Assembly (NCBI GenBank): GCA_041690135.1
Contig: JAWLHY010000001.1
Location: forward strand, 192,001 to 256,000
From: Armatimonadota bacterium
GTDB taxonomy: Bacteria; Armatimonadota; SYMT01
Direction: 5' to 3'
Length of the DNA: 64,000 bases
Below are positions 1 through 8,547 of this stretch, piece by piece. The stretch's first letter is position 1. Each line of letters opens with the position of its first letter. The translations under genes and the position numbers were made by a program. The notes beneath the pieces are model-generated. The model worked only from the letters and a program-made list of their open reading frames with translations, was not told where the DNA came from and searched no databases.

Positions 1-40
1 GGGACAAGATCGGTCCCATCATCGCCGTGGGCCTTCCACT

Positions 41-204
41 CGGCCCCCGTGAGCGCAAGGGTCACTAATCGTGTGGGGGAGAACCTTAACAGCACCGGGA
101 CCAGAGCGGGTACGGATCACCAGTGCCCGCCACCGGCCCTCCCACGGGTTAAATCCCTGGGCCGGCTGAACGAACTCCGCACCCACACCCACTCCGTGGG
201 GACC
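41..204 (+). ncRNA. Candidate structured non-coding RNA (long irregular hairpin, 6S-like size)
   Basis: Ends can pair (GGCCCCCGTG / CCGTGGGGACC; GTGTGGG-GGAG / CTCC-CCCACAC). Internal hairpin GCGGGTAC..GTGCCCGC. No credible ORF; followed by a strong hairpin. Family and strand not established. Confidence 0.3.
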
Positions 205-220
205 CGGGCGTAAACCTTAT

Positions 221-257
221 TGGGCCGGCGCGGTCTCCCCGCGCCGGCCCATCGTTT
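221..257 (+). terminator. GC-rich hairpin, probable terminator
   Basis: TGGGCCGGCGCGG-TCTCC-CCGCGCCGGCCCA, 13-bp stem followed by TCGTTT. Confidence 0.5.
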
Positions 258-372
258 AGGGTGGGCAACTCCGTCGATCCGGATTCCGGGCATTTTTTGC
301 CCGACGAGGGCGAATGCGAAAGGCAACTCCCGCAAGTCGGGGCTGGAGTAAAATAACCGGAGGGAGTGAACC

Positions 373-1860
373 ATGAGCGATCGCCAGCGAAGCGTTGTCC
401 GGGCGCCGGATTTTCCGGTGGGGTTGGAGTGGCTGAATGTGGACCGGCCTCTGTCCCTGAAGGACCTGCGGGGAAAGCTGGTCATCCTGGATTTCTGGAC
501 ATTCTGCTGCATCAACTGCCAACACGTGCTGCCCCAGCTCCGGCAACTGGAGGAGCGGTTTCCGGAAGAGCTGGTGGTGATCGGGGTTCACTGCGGCAAG
601 TTCCACGCGGAGGCGGAAACGTACAACGTTCGGCAGGCGGTGATGCGTCACGACGTCCGGCATCCGGTGGTGAACGACCCGAAGTACCTGCTGTGGCGAG
701 CCTACACGGTCCGCGCCTGGCCGACGATCGTGCTGATCGATCCAGAGGGGCGGGTGCTGGGCTCGATGTCCGGAGAGTTCGACGCCAACGCGATCGGCAG
801 CCTGCTGGAGCAGATCATCGCGGACTGCGACAAGAAGGGCCTGCTCAACCGGTCGCCGCTGGAGTTGACGCTGGAGCGGCGGAAGCTGATCGAGACCACA
901 CTGCGGTACCCAGGGAAGGTGCTGGCGGATCCCGCCGGGCGCCGCTTGTTCGTGACGGATACGGACCACCACCGGATTGTCGTGTTCGGCCTGGACAACG
1001 GCCGGGTGCGCCACGTTTTCGGTAGTGGTGAACCGGGTCTTACCGACGGAACGGCGGCCCGGGCGCGCTTCCACTCGCCCCAGGGAATGGCGCTGAGGGG
1101 CGACTCCCTCTATGTCGCGGATACGGAGAACCACGCCATCCGGCGCCTTTCCCTGGACGGCCGGACGGTGCAGACGGTCGCCGGAACGGGAGAGCAGTCG
1201 ACTCCTCTGCCGGAAGCCGGCCCGGCCCGCGCGACCCGCCTCAACTCGCCCTGGGACCTGGAGTGGGTTGGGGATACCCTGTACGTCGCAATGGCGGGCA
1301 GTCACCAGGTCTGGGCCTATCATCCCCAGGGAGGCGTGATCTCCCACGTGGCGGGGGATGGTCGCGAAGCCCTCAAAGACGGTCCCCGGCTCAATGCACG
1401 CCTGGCGCAACCTAGCGGGCTGGCATGGGACGGCGAGCGGCTCTGGATCGCGGACAGTGAGACGAGCAGTCTGCGGACCGTGGGACTGGAAGAGGGGGGA
1501 GAGGTCCGGACCTGGATTGGGCAGGGGCTGTTCGAGTTCGGGGATGTGGACGGGGATCGCGCCACGGCGCGCCTTCAGCACGTGCTGGACGTGGCGGCGG
1601 GGAACGGCCGGATCTACGTCGCGGACGCCTACAACAACCGCCTCAAGGTGCTGGACCCGCGCACGGGACAGATCCGCACCCTTTCCGGCAGCGGAGAACC
1701 GGGCTTCGAGGACGGTTTCGCCGGCGAAGCGTGCTTCTGGGAGCCGGGGGGCATCAGTTTTGCGGGGGACCGGCTGTACGTGGCGGACACCAACAATCAC
1801 GTGATTCGGAGCGTGGAACTGCCGTCAGGACGGGTGGAGACCCTGGACTTGCGTGATTAG
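373..1860 (+). CDS. Thioredoxin-like + NHL-repeat beta-propeller protein (NHLRC2-like)
   Basis: N-terminal LDFWTFCCINC redoxin motif; repeated LYVADTxNH NHL repeats; GGAG-type RBS upstream. Confidence 0.9.
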   Translation: MSDRQRSVVRAPDFPVGLEWLNVDRPLSLKDLRGKLVILDFWTFCCINCQHVLPQLRQLEERFPEELVVIGVHCGKFHAEAETYNVRQAVMRHDVRHPVVNDPKYLLWRAYTVRAWPTIVLIDPEGRVLGSMSGEFDANAIGSLLEQIIADCDKKGLLNRSPLELTLERRKLIETTLRYPGKVLADPAGRRLFVTDTDHHRIVVFGLDNGRVRHVFGSGEPGLTDGTAARARFHSPQGMALRGDSLYVADTENHAIRRLSLDGRTVQTVAGTGEQSTPLPEAGPARATRLNSPWDLEWVGDTLYVAMAGSHQVWAYHPQGGVISHVAGDGREALKDGPRLNARLAQPSGLAWDGERLWIADSETSSLRTVGLEEGGEVRTWIGQGLFEFGDVDGDRATARLQHVLDVAAGNGRIYVADAYNNRLKVLDPRTGQIRTLSGSGEPGFEDGFAGEACFWEPGGISFAGDRLYVADTNNHVIRSVELPSGRVETLDLRD

Positions 1861-2070
1861 GATTGGGACTACGATAAGGATAAGGAAGTCTGGGTAAGGG
1901 CGGGTGCCCTGACCAAGCGGTTGCCACAGCCGGGTAATTACAACTCCCCTGACCAGGGGGCTTGCCGCGTCGGGTAACGAGCTGCGGAGGCAGGGTTGCT
2001 GCTCTTCGGCGTTGCGGCGGTGTGGGTTTGTGGAGTCGGCTGAGGTCTACCCCTCCTCGCAATGACCGCC
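1856..2070 (+). repeat. Dispersed intergenic repeat family A, copy 1
   Basis: GATTAG/GATAAG hexamer start, CCCTGACCAGGGGG core and AGGTCTACCCCTCCTCGCAATGAC end, shared with 2953-3182 and 8160-8522. Confidence 0.75.
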
Positions 2071-2144
2071 GTAATTGCCTCCGTCGTACCTGTCTCCATC
2101 GTAAATGCTTTCATTTCTTGATTGAGGATCGGGCATTCTTGTCC

Positions 2145-2951
2145 ATGAAGCTCTTCGTGCTCCTAACGGTAGTTTTCGGCCTGATTGCGGGAGAGGGGAA
2201 GGCCGCTCCATCTGTTAGGCTCGCGAAGTTCTTTGCCGGCCACGAGGGCGCGTTGGTGCTGTATGACGTGCAGCGGAAGAGCTACGAGCGCTATCGCCCG
2301 GAGCAGGGCCGGCGGCGGTTTCGACCGCAGTCCACGCGGAAGATCGTGGAGGGGTTGATCGGCCTGGAGACGGGCGCCATCCCGGATGTCGACCATCGCT
2401 TTCCGTGGGACGGAACGCGGCATTTCTTCGAGGCTCACAACCGCGACCATTCACTCCGCACCGCGCTGGCCGCTTCCACCAACTGGTACTTCGAGCGGGT
2501 GCACGCGAAGGTGGGGAAGCCGGAACTCGCCCGACGGCTGCGGCAACTCCGCTACGGTAACGCCACACTGGGGGACCGTCCAGCTCTCTATGGCGAGGAC
2601 GAACTGCGCATCTCCGCGGAAGAGCAGGTGGAGTTTCTCCTCCGCCTTTACCAGCTTCATCTGCCGCTAAGCCGTCGCTCTATGGATGTAATGCGCGAAG
2701 TGATGCATTACAAGACCACGGAGAAGGGGATACTGCGGGGCAAGACCGGGACCGGCGGCCATACGAAAGATGGGAAGCCGCGGCGGCCGGATTCGGAGAT
2801 GGTGGCTACCCTGGGCTGGTACGTGGGGTGGGTGGAGCGCGGGGAGAGGGCGTGGATCTTTGCGGCGAACATCACCGGCGGTGAGAACCCCACGGGGGTG
2901 AAGGCGCGCGAGATCGTTGAAGCGATTCTGCGGAGCAAGGGACTGCTCTAA
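2145..2951 (+). CDS. Secreted class D beta-lactamase / BlaR-sensor-like serine penicillin-binding protein
   Basis: Signal peptide MKLFVLLTVVFG; PQSTRK (SxxK), STNWYF (SxN), YGN, LRISAEEQ, GKTGT and GWYVGWVE motifs. Confidence 0.85.
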   Translation: MKLFVLLTVVFGLIAGEGKAAPSVRLAKFFAGHEGALVLYDVQRKSYERYRPEQGRRRFRPQSTRKIVEGLIGLETGAIPDVDHRFPWDGTRHFFEAHNRDHSLRTALAASTNWYFERVHAKVGKPELARRLRQLRYGNATLGDRPALYGEDELRISAEEQVEFLLRLYQLHLPLSRRSMDVMREVMHYKTTEKGILRGKTGTGGHTKDGKPRRPDSEMVATLGWYVGWVERGERAWIFAANITGGENPTGVKAREIVEAILRSKGLL

Positions 2952-2952
2952 A

Positions 2953-3182
2953 GGATTAGGACATGGATTACGATTAGGATTAGGAAGCTGGGTACGGGAT
3001 GGGTTCTCTGATCAAGAGGCCGTGTTGGATTAGGACTTCGACAAAGATAAGGATTGCGGCCACAGCTTTGGCTCCCTGACCAGGAGGTTGCCAATAGGTT
3101 CAGGGTGCCTGCGCTTCGGCATTTCGGCGGTGCGGGTCTGTGGAGACGGTTAAGGTCTACCCCTCCTCGCAATGACGACCGT
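2953..3182 (+). repeat. Dispersed intergenic repeat family A, copy 2
   Basis: Same hexamer start and AGGTCTACCCCTCCTCGCAATGAC end as copy 1, same orientation. Confidence 0.75.
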
Positions 3183-3264
3183 TTGCAGTTTGGGCAGAGG
3201 TTCTGCGGTTTGTCAGGTGTCCGCCCTTAGCGTCGCCGTGTAAGCTCAATGGTCTACTTGGGTT

Positions 3265-3291
3265 CCAGCCCGTCACGCCGTGACGGGCTGG
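3265..3291. terminator. Hairpin between convergent genes
   Basis: CCAGCCCGTCAC-GCC-GTGACGGGCTGG, 12-bp stem, no U-tract. Confidence 0.4.
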
Positions 3292-3302
3292 GGGGTTGAC
3301 GA

Positions 3303-4010
3303 TCAGCTCTTCGGAGTGATCTTGATGTTGCGGTAGGTGACCGGGCCGTGGTCGCCCTGGAACATCAGGGGGCCGGTGGGGGCTTCCTTGCCGGTAACAC
3401 CGGAGGGCGTGGGGCCCTTCATCTCCACGTTCTCGTGGATCACCTGGCCGTTGAGGGTGATCTTGTTGAACTTCGCGTTGCCGACCTTCTTGTCCCCTTC
3501 GAAGCGCGGGGCCTGGTAGTCGATCACGAACTTTTGCCATTCGCCGGGGGCCTTGGCGGCGTTGGTTTTGGGGGCGGCGGCGCCGTAAAGGCCGCCGATG
3601 TCGCCAGGGCCGACCTGGGGCTTGCCGTAGCTGTCTAGGACCTGGACCTCGTACTCGCCCATGACGTAGATGCCGGAGTTGGAGCCCTTGGGAACCATTA
3701 GCTCCAACTCGATCACGGCGTCGCCCCACTTCTCTTCGGTGTAGATATCGACACCGCCCCCCTGGCTGTTCACGAGCTCCGCACCGGCGCCGGTGACCCT
3801 TTCGACCTTGAGCTGGGCGGGATTGGCGGCGTCGAGGGTGGCCTTGCCGACTACCCACTTACTCCGGCCGGGATCGCCCTTGAATTTCCAGCCCTGGAGG
3901 CTGGTTCCGGTGAACGGTTGGGCGGCTTTGCCCTGGGCCGTCGCCTGGTTAACGGCGGCCAGTCCGAAAGTAAGCCCGGCCAGTCCGAGCAGTATCTGCG
4001 AGCTTCGCAT
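3303..4010 (-). CDS. Secreted DUF1080 (3-keto-disaccharide hydrolase family) protein
   Basis: Signal peptide; SNSGIY, YEVQVLDS, GGLYG, PGEWQ and FQGDHGPVTYRNIKI motifs; start placed at MRSSQ. Confidence 0.85.
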   Translation of the reverse strand: MRSSQILLGLAGLTFGLAAVNQATAQGKAAQPFTGTSLQGWKFKGDPGRSKWVVGKATLDAANPAQLKVERVTGAGAELVNSQGGGVDIYTEEKWGDAVIELELMVPKGSNSGIYVMGEYEVQVLDSYGKPQVGPGDIGGLYGAAAPKTNAAKAPGEWQKFVIDYQAPRFEGDKKVGNAKFNKITLNGQVIHENVEMKGPTPSGVTGKEAPTGPLMFQGDHGPVTYRNIKITPKS

Positions 4011-4032
4011 CGGTGGGTCCTTTCCTGTAGAT

Positions 4033-4392
4033 TCAAGCACGGCGAGAAAGATCGGCGCGGATCCGTTCGTAGGCGGCGTTGAGACGGACCATGGTCTCGG
4101 CAGCCTCGCGGGAGCGGCCTGGGTCGTCGGCGAAACGGTCGGGGTGATGCTCGCGCACCAGCCGGAGCCAACAGGAGCGCACGCGCGGAAGGTCCGCTCC
4201 GAGGGGCGCGCCGAGAAGGCGGTAATCGGCTTCGAGGGGATGCGGAGTCCCATAGGCCGCGGGCACCTTCATGCGGCGGGCCGGACCGGGGCGGTCGGCC
4301 CGAAAGGCGGATCCCTGGCTCCAGCCCAGGGTCTCCAAGATCTGCCGCCGGGCCAGCCGCCACAGCCGGGTTAGCAAGGGATCGGCCTTCAT
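4033..4392 (-). CDS. Small J-domain (DnaJ-like) protein
   Basis: YRLLG...WLRLVREHHPDRF...MVRLNAAYERI with HPD motif; ATG overlaps the upstream TGA (TGATG). Confidence 0.85.
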   Translation of the reverse strand: MKADPLLTRLWRLARRQILETLGWSQGSAFRADRPGPARRMKVPAAYGTPHPLEADYRLLGAPLGADLPRVRSCWLRLVREHHPDRFADDPGRSREAAETMVRLNAAYERIRADLSRRA

Positions 4393-5192
4393 CACGAACT
4401 CCGGAGGGTCAGCGTCTCGGTAAGGCTCGTTTCCAAAGCTTCCACGCCCCGCGACAGCCGATTGAGCTCCTCGTATACGGGATCGGTCGCGGGCTGCTCC
4501 GCGGCGACCTCGCCCGCCTGCATCCGGACCACGCGGCTGAGCAGGTTGTCGAACGTGCAGCGGACCGCGGCCAACTGCCCGTCGATGCGGGCGACGGCGT
4601 CCTCCAGCCGGACGTAGTTCTCCAGCTCCTGCTGCTTCTGAGCGAGGGCCTGTTCGTAGAGCTGCCGGGTGACCGGGTCGTGGGTCTGTTCCAGGCGGGT
4701 CTGCAGCTGACATGCCTGGCGCTGGACTTCGGGGCTGCGGATGCTGCTCAGAAACGTCTGCAACTGGCGGCGCTTTTCGGCCAGCGAGAGGCAGTGCTCC
4801 AGCAGGCTCGTGACTTCCGCGCGGGTACCCGGCATCAGGGAGGGACCCGCATCATAGTAGCCGAGGAGGCGCTCCTGGGACTCGACGATGCCCGCGAGCA
4901 GGGTGGAAGTCTCGGAATCGAGGGCGCCCGTCAACGCTTCCAGGCGACGGATCAACTCCCGCCAGCGGGCCTGGAGCAGCTCTTCCTGACTGGTCGCCGC
5001 GAGGGCCGGGTTGCGGACGCGGGTCCACACCCAGGCCAACTCCGCGGAGAGCGCGGCGAGGCCGGCGGGCCAGGCGTCGGGGGTAGGGGTGAGCAGGAGC
5101 GCCGTGGTGCCGAGAAACAGGGAGAGCGGAGAGGTCACCGCGCGGATGATGACCCTCTTGAGCAGTTGTTCGCGGTTGGACCCCTCTGGCAT
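4392..5192 (-). CDS. Membrane-anchored coiled-coil protein, PspA-associated, function unknown
   Basis: Two N-terminal hydrophobic segments followed by long heptad-rich helices; lies between pspA and the J-protein gene. Confidence 0.75.
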   Translation of the reverse strand: MPEGSNREQLLKRVIIRAVTSPLSLFLGTTALLLTPTPDAWPAGLAALSAELAWVWTRVRNPALAATSQEELLQARWRELIRRLEALTGALDSETSTLLAGIVESQERLLGYYDAGPSLMPGTRAEVTSLLEHCLSLAEKRRQLQTFLSSIRSPEVQRQACQLQTRLEQTHDPVTRQLYEQALAQKQQELENYVRLEDAVARIDGQLAAVRCTFDNLLSRVVRMQAGEVAAEQPATDPVYEELNRLSRGVEALETSLTETLTLRSS

Positions 5193-5304
5193 CCGGATCA
5201 CCAACCAAACAGGGGGAGTGAGAGAGCCGGACGCTACGATCGTCCCGTTTCTCTCACTCCCCCTACCTCATGGGAATGGCGACTTTCGATCGCCGTTCCG
5301 GAAA

Positions 5305-6102
5305 CTAAACTTCCAGGTTGCGCACCGGCGGCTCATCCGAGCCCGGACCCGTGCGCACCGTCTGCTGCTGGGCGGAATTGTCGCGCGCGATATCCGCTTT
5401 GAGCCTGGCCAACGGATCTTCCGTCTGCACCGGGGCCATTCCCATTTGCGCCTTCAACGCCGCCAGTTGGGTATCGGCCTGTTCGGCGGCTACCGCGTTC
5501 TCCAGTTTAGCCATCCGCTGCGAGATGTTCCCTTCGGCCAGCTCCATGCGGGCGTCGGCCTTGGCCTTCAGCTCGTTGATGCGGCTCTCCGCGCGGGTGA
5601 ACGCCTGATCGTGGCTCTCCATCGAGATGCCGGTGAGCGCCTTGTTGAGCTGCTCCTGGATCTTCGCCTGCTTCCAGCCGGCCACCAGCGCCAGCCGCTT
5701 CGCGGCCTGCTGGCGGACATGGGCCTCCATCCGCTTGATGTTCTCTTTAACCGCCTCGGCAGCCTGTTCGGCCTGCTCCAGCTGCGCCTTCAGCCCCTCG
5801 ATGTTCTGGTCGTAGGTAGACTTCTCGATCAGGAGCTGCCGGGCCAGGTCTTCGTCGCCGCCCCGCAGCGCGGTGCGCGCCTTGGCCTCCAGCGCGGCCG
5901 ATTGGTTGAGCTGGTCCTGCAAAACGCCGCGAAGCTGGTTGCGCGCGGCGATCGCCTGGACGGCGCTCTCCTTCGCCTTCTCTAACTCCCGGCGCATCGA
6001 TTCCTGCGCTTCCGCGAGAATGACCTCCGGATCCTCAGCCTTCTCGACCCCGATGAGTAGCCACCCTTTGATTAACCGCCAGATCCTGCCGAAGATTCCC
6101 AT
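5305..6102 (-). CDS. pspA: PspA/IM30 (ESCRT-III-like) family protein
   Basis: MGIFGRIWRLIKG amphipathic helix, AEDPEVIL, ALRGGDEDLARQLL, FTRAESRI, long coiled coil. Confidence 0.9.
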   Translation of the reverse strand: MGIFGRIWRLIKGWLLIGVEKAEDPEVILAEAQESMRRELEKAKESAVQAIAARNQLRGVLQDQLNQSAALEAKARTALRGGDEDLARQLLIEKSTYDQNIEGLKAQLEQAEQAAEAVKENIKRMEAHVRQQAAKRLALVAGWKQAKIQEQLNKALTGISMESHDQAFTRAESRINELKAKADARMELAEGNISQRMAKLENAVAAEQADTQLAALKAQMGMAPVQTEDPLARLKADIARDNSAQQQTVRTGPGSDEPPVRNLEV

Positions 6103-6390
6103 CTCTAGCTCCTGTGCCCTCGGGGCTGTGGCCGCTCCTACGATCCGTGCCCACAGACAGCAGTATAGACCGCTATCCCTCCCAGTAAACCGCTGAGACC
6201 GACTGTGCACAATTATACCACGCAGGGTTGCCCCGCGCAAACGCGGCCGGTAGTATAACAGAGAGACGAAACAAGTGGTTACGGTCCGAGCACCCGAGGT
6301 GTCAGCCGCCGATCTTCTGGGTAAATTGTGGCAACGGGACGCGCAACCTGACGTCAGCGTGGAACGTTTTGAAACGGAAGGAGCGGGCGC

Positions 6391-6780
6391 GTGGAGATAA
6401 CTGGGTGGGCACTCGGCGGGTTGGCCGTGATCGTTCTGGTGAATACCCTGTTCATCGTCGGCCTGGCCGTCGCGCTCTTCATGTTAAATAAGAAGCTCGA
6501 TGAGGCACTGGACAAGGCCGCTCCGCTGCTCCAAAAGGCCACGGAGACGTTGAACCAGGTGGAAGAGACCACCTCACGGCTGCAGGTACAGGTGGACCAG
6601 GTACTGGATAAGACCACGCGCCTGGTCGATCAAGTAAGCGAGCGAGTGGACACCACCACGGCCATCGCGGAAGAGGCGGTGACCGAGCCGCTGATCGGCG
6701 CGGCGAGCATCATGGCGGGGATCAACCGCGGCCTGCGTGTCTATACCGAGCGTACGAGCGAGAAAGGAAACGGACGATAA
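6391..6780 (+). CDS. DUF948 / YtxG-like membrane protein
   Basis: N-terminal TM helix plus coiled coil; translationally coupled to the YtxH-like gene. Confidence 0.7.
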   Translation: MEITGWALGGLAVIVLVNTLFIVGLAVALFMLNKKLDEALDKAAPLLQKATETLNQVEETTSRLQVQVDQVLDKTTRLVDQVSERVDTTTAIAEEAVTEPLIGAASIMAGINRGLRVYTERTSEKGNGR

Positions 6781-7259
6781 TGGCGGAAACTCGTGACTTT
6801 CTAATCGGCGTGCTGGTCGGCAGCGCGATCGGCGCCGCAGCGGCCCTGCTGTATGCGCCGGCACCGGGTACCGAGACCCGGCAGATGATCAAGGACAAGG
6901 CCGGAGAGGCGAAAGAGAAGTCCGTCCACCTGGCCGAACAGGCGAAGGAGAAGACGGCGCAGATCTCCGAGCAGGCCAAGATGAAGGCCGGTGAGTTGAA
7001 GGGTACCACGCAGAGCCGCATCGGCGAGATCAAGGGTACGGCACAGAGCCGGATCGACGAGATCACGTCCCAGGCGCAGAGCATGGTGGACCGTGGCCGG
7101 CAGTTGGTGGAGCACCAGAAGGGTGCCGTGGTCGGCGCCGTGGAAGCGGGTCGCCAGGCCTACCGCGAGAAGCAGTCCGAACTGCAGCAGGAAGTGGCCG
7201 AGGATACGACCACCCAGCCGGTGAGCACCAGCACCAGCGCCACGATTACGCCCGCGTAG
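6780..7259 (+). CDS. YtxH-like general stress protein
   Basis: FLIGVLVGSAIGAAAALLYAPAPGTETR signature followed by LEA-like helices. Confidence 0.85.
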   Translation: MAETRDFLIGVLVGSAIGAAAALLYAPAPGTETRQMIKDKAGEAKEKSVHLAEQAKEKTAQISEQAKMKAGELKGTTQSRIGEIKGTAQSRIDEITSQAQSMVDRGRQLVEHQKGAVVGAVEAGRQAYREKQSELQQEVAEDTTTQPVSTSTSATITPA

Positions 7260-7501
7260 TTGTTTCGGGGTGGGCCGCCCTGTTCCTGTGGGGATGGGGG
7301 AAGGGAAGAAAGGGAGAATGGGAGGGCCCTGGAACCCAGGGCTACCTCGTTTTCCCCAGCCCTTCGGGACAATGAAGAATGGGGGAATGGGAGAACCCTA
7401 TATCCGGGGTGATCTCGTTCCCCTTTTGTCTGTTTGGGAAGGGGATAACCTTCTTGTCCGGCAAGCCGCCCCTCGGCGTATAATCTGCCGGGGGTATCCA
7501 T

Positions 7502-8134
7502 ATGCGGTTTGAAGGATTTACGGAACAGGATTTCGATCTCTTCTCGATTGCGGACTTTGCGGGTCGTATGGCGGAGATTCGGGCGACACTGCGACCGAAG
7601 CTGGTCGCCCTGGGGGATGACCTGACGGGGGCGATCGAAGAGGAGCTCGGAGCGCCGACTTTCCCCCATGTGGCCCAGCACATGCGCCGCCGGGTGAACC
7701 CACCGGCGGAGACCTGGGTCGCCTTCGGCCGGGATAAGAAGGGGTATAAGCGCTGGACACATTACCGGGTCGCCGTGAGCGGGTCCGGCGTGCGGGTGAC
7801 GGTGTTCGTCGAAGACGACGCGGACGATAAAGCCCCTTTCGGCACCTGCCTGGCGGATTCCGCCGATGGGCTGTTGAAGGCGCTGGGTCCCCAGGCGCCG
7901 GTTCAGTGGTACACCTTTGGGACCGCGGGAATGCCCCATTCGCAGGTCACCGCGGAGGTCCTCCGCGCGCAAGGGTCGGCTCTCCAGCGGCTCAAGACGC
8001 TGAAGTTCCAGGCGGGGGTGCCGTTGACCCGCGCGGAAGCTCTGAAGATGGCCCCGGAAGCATTCGAGACCTGGGCAATGGAGCAGGTGAGGGTGCTGAA
8101 GCCGCTTTACCTGGCGGGTACCGGCCAGGAATAG
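7502..8134 (+). CDS. DUF1054 / YktB-like protein
   Basis: FEGFTEQDFDLF..RM..IR..LRPKL, FPHVAQHMRRRVNPPAETWVAF, GYK..H. Confidence 0.85.
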   Translation: MRFEGFTEQDFDLFSIADFAGRMAEIRATLRPKLVALGDDLTGAIEEELGAPTFPHVAQHMRRRVNPPAETWVAFGRDKKGYKRWTHYRVAVSGSGVRVTVFVEDDADDKAPFGTCLADSADGLLKALGPQAPVQWYTFGTAGMPHSQVTAEVLRAQGSALQRLKTLKFQAGVPLTRAEALKMAPEAFETWAMEQVRVLKPLYLAGTGQE

Positions 8135-8159
8135 TAGTAGGCCTTCGCCACCCCTTACG

Positions 8160-8522
8160 GTGTCATTGCGAGACCGGCTGAGCCGCTCTTTGACAGCGAG
8201 AGAAGTCTTTGTCGTACGCCAGCCGCAGCTAGGAAGCCGCCGCAATGCCGGTCGTGGCAATCCCCATGGTGAGCGGTCCGAGCACTTGGACACGGGTCTT
8301 TCTGTCCTGAATATGGTGGTTGGCTCTGGATGTCCGGAGGCATGGGTCGGCTGCGGCTTGGCAGGACGCTGCTGCTTTCGGGTAAGGACGGGTGCCCTGA
8401 CCAGGGGGCCTGCCGCGTCGGGTCACAGGTTGCAAATACGGGACGGCTGTGCTCCGGCTTCGTGGCGGTGTGGATCTGTGAAGTTGGTTGAGTTTTACCC
8501 CTCCTCGCAGTGACGGCCGTTT
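8160..8522 (+). repeat. Repeat family A, copy 3, with terminal inverted repeats GTCATTGCGAG...CTCGCAGTGAC
   Basis: Right half matches copies 1 and 2; left end carries the complementary GTCATTGCGAG arm; lies between convergent genes. Confidence 0.7.
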
Positions 8523-8547
8523 GGTTTCGAAACAACCAGGCCCCAGC

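Noticed and set aside
256-1800. Long antisense ORFs here and at 23102-24490, 34325-35944, 39746-41830, 42930-44507, 44672-46339 and similar
   Set aside because: Shadows of well-supported genes on the opposite strand, expected in high-GC DNA
1856-3182. Integron attC cassette around the beta-lactamase-like gene
   Set aside because: Repeats lack RYYYAAC...GTTRRRY ends and there is no integrase in the window
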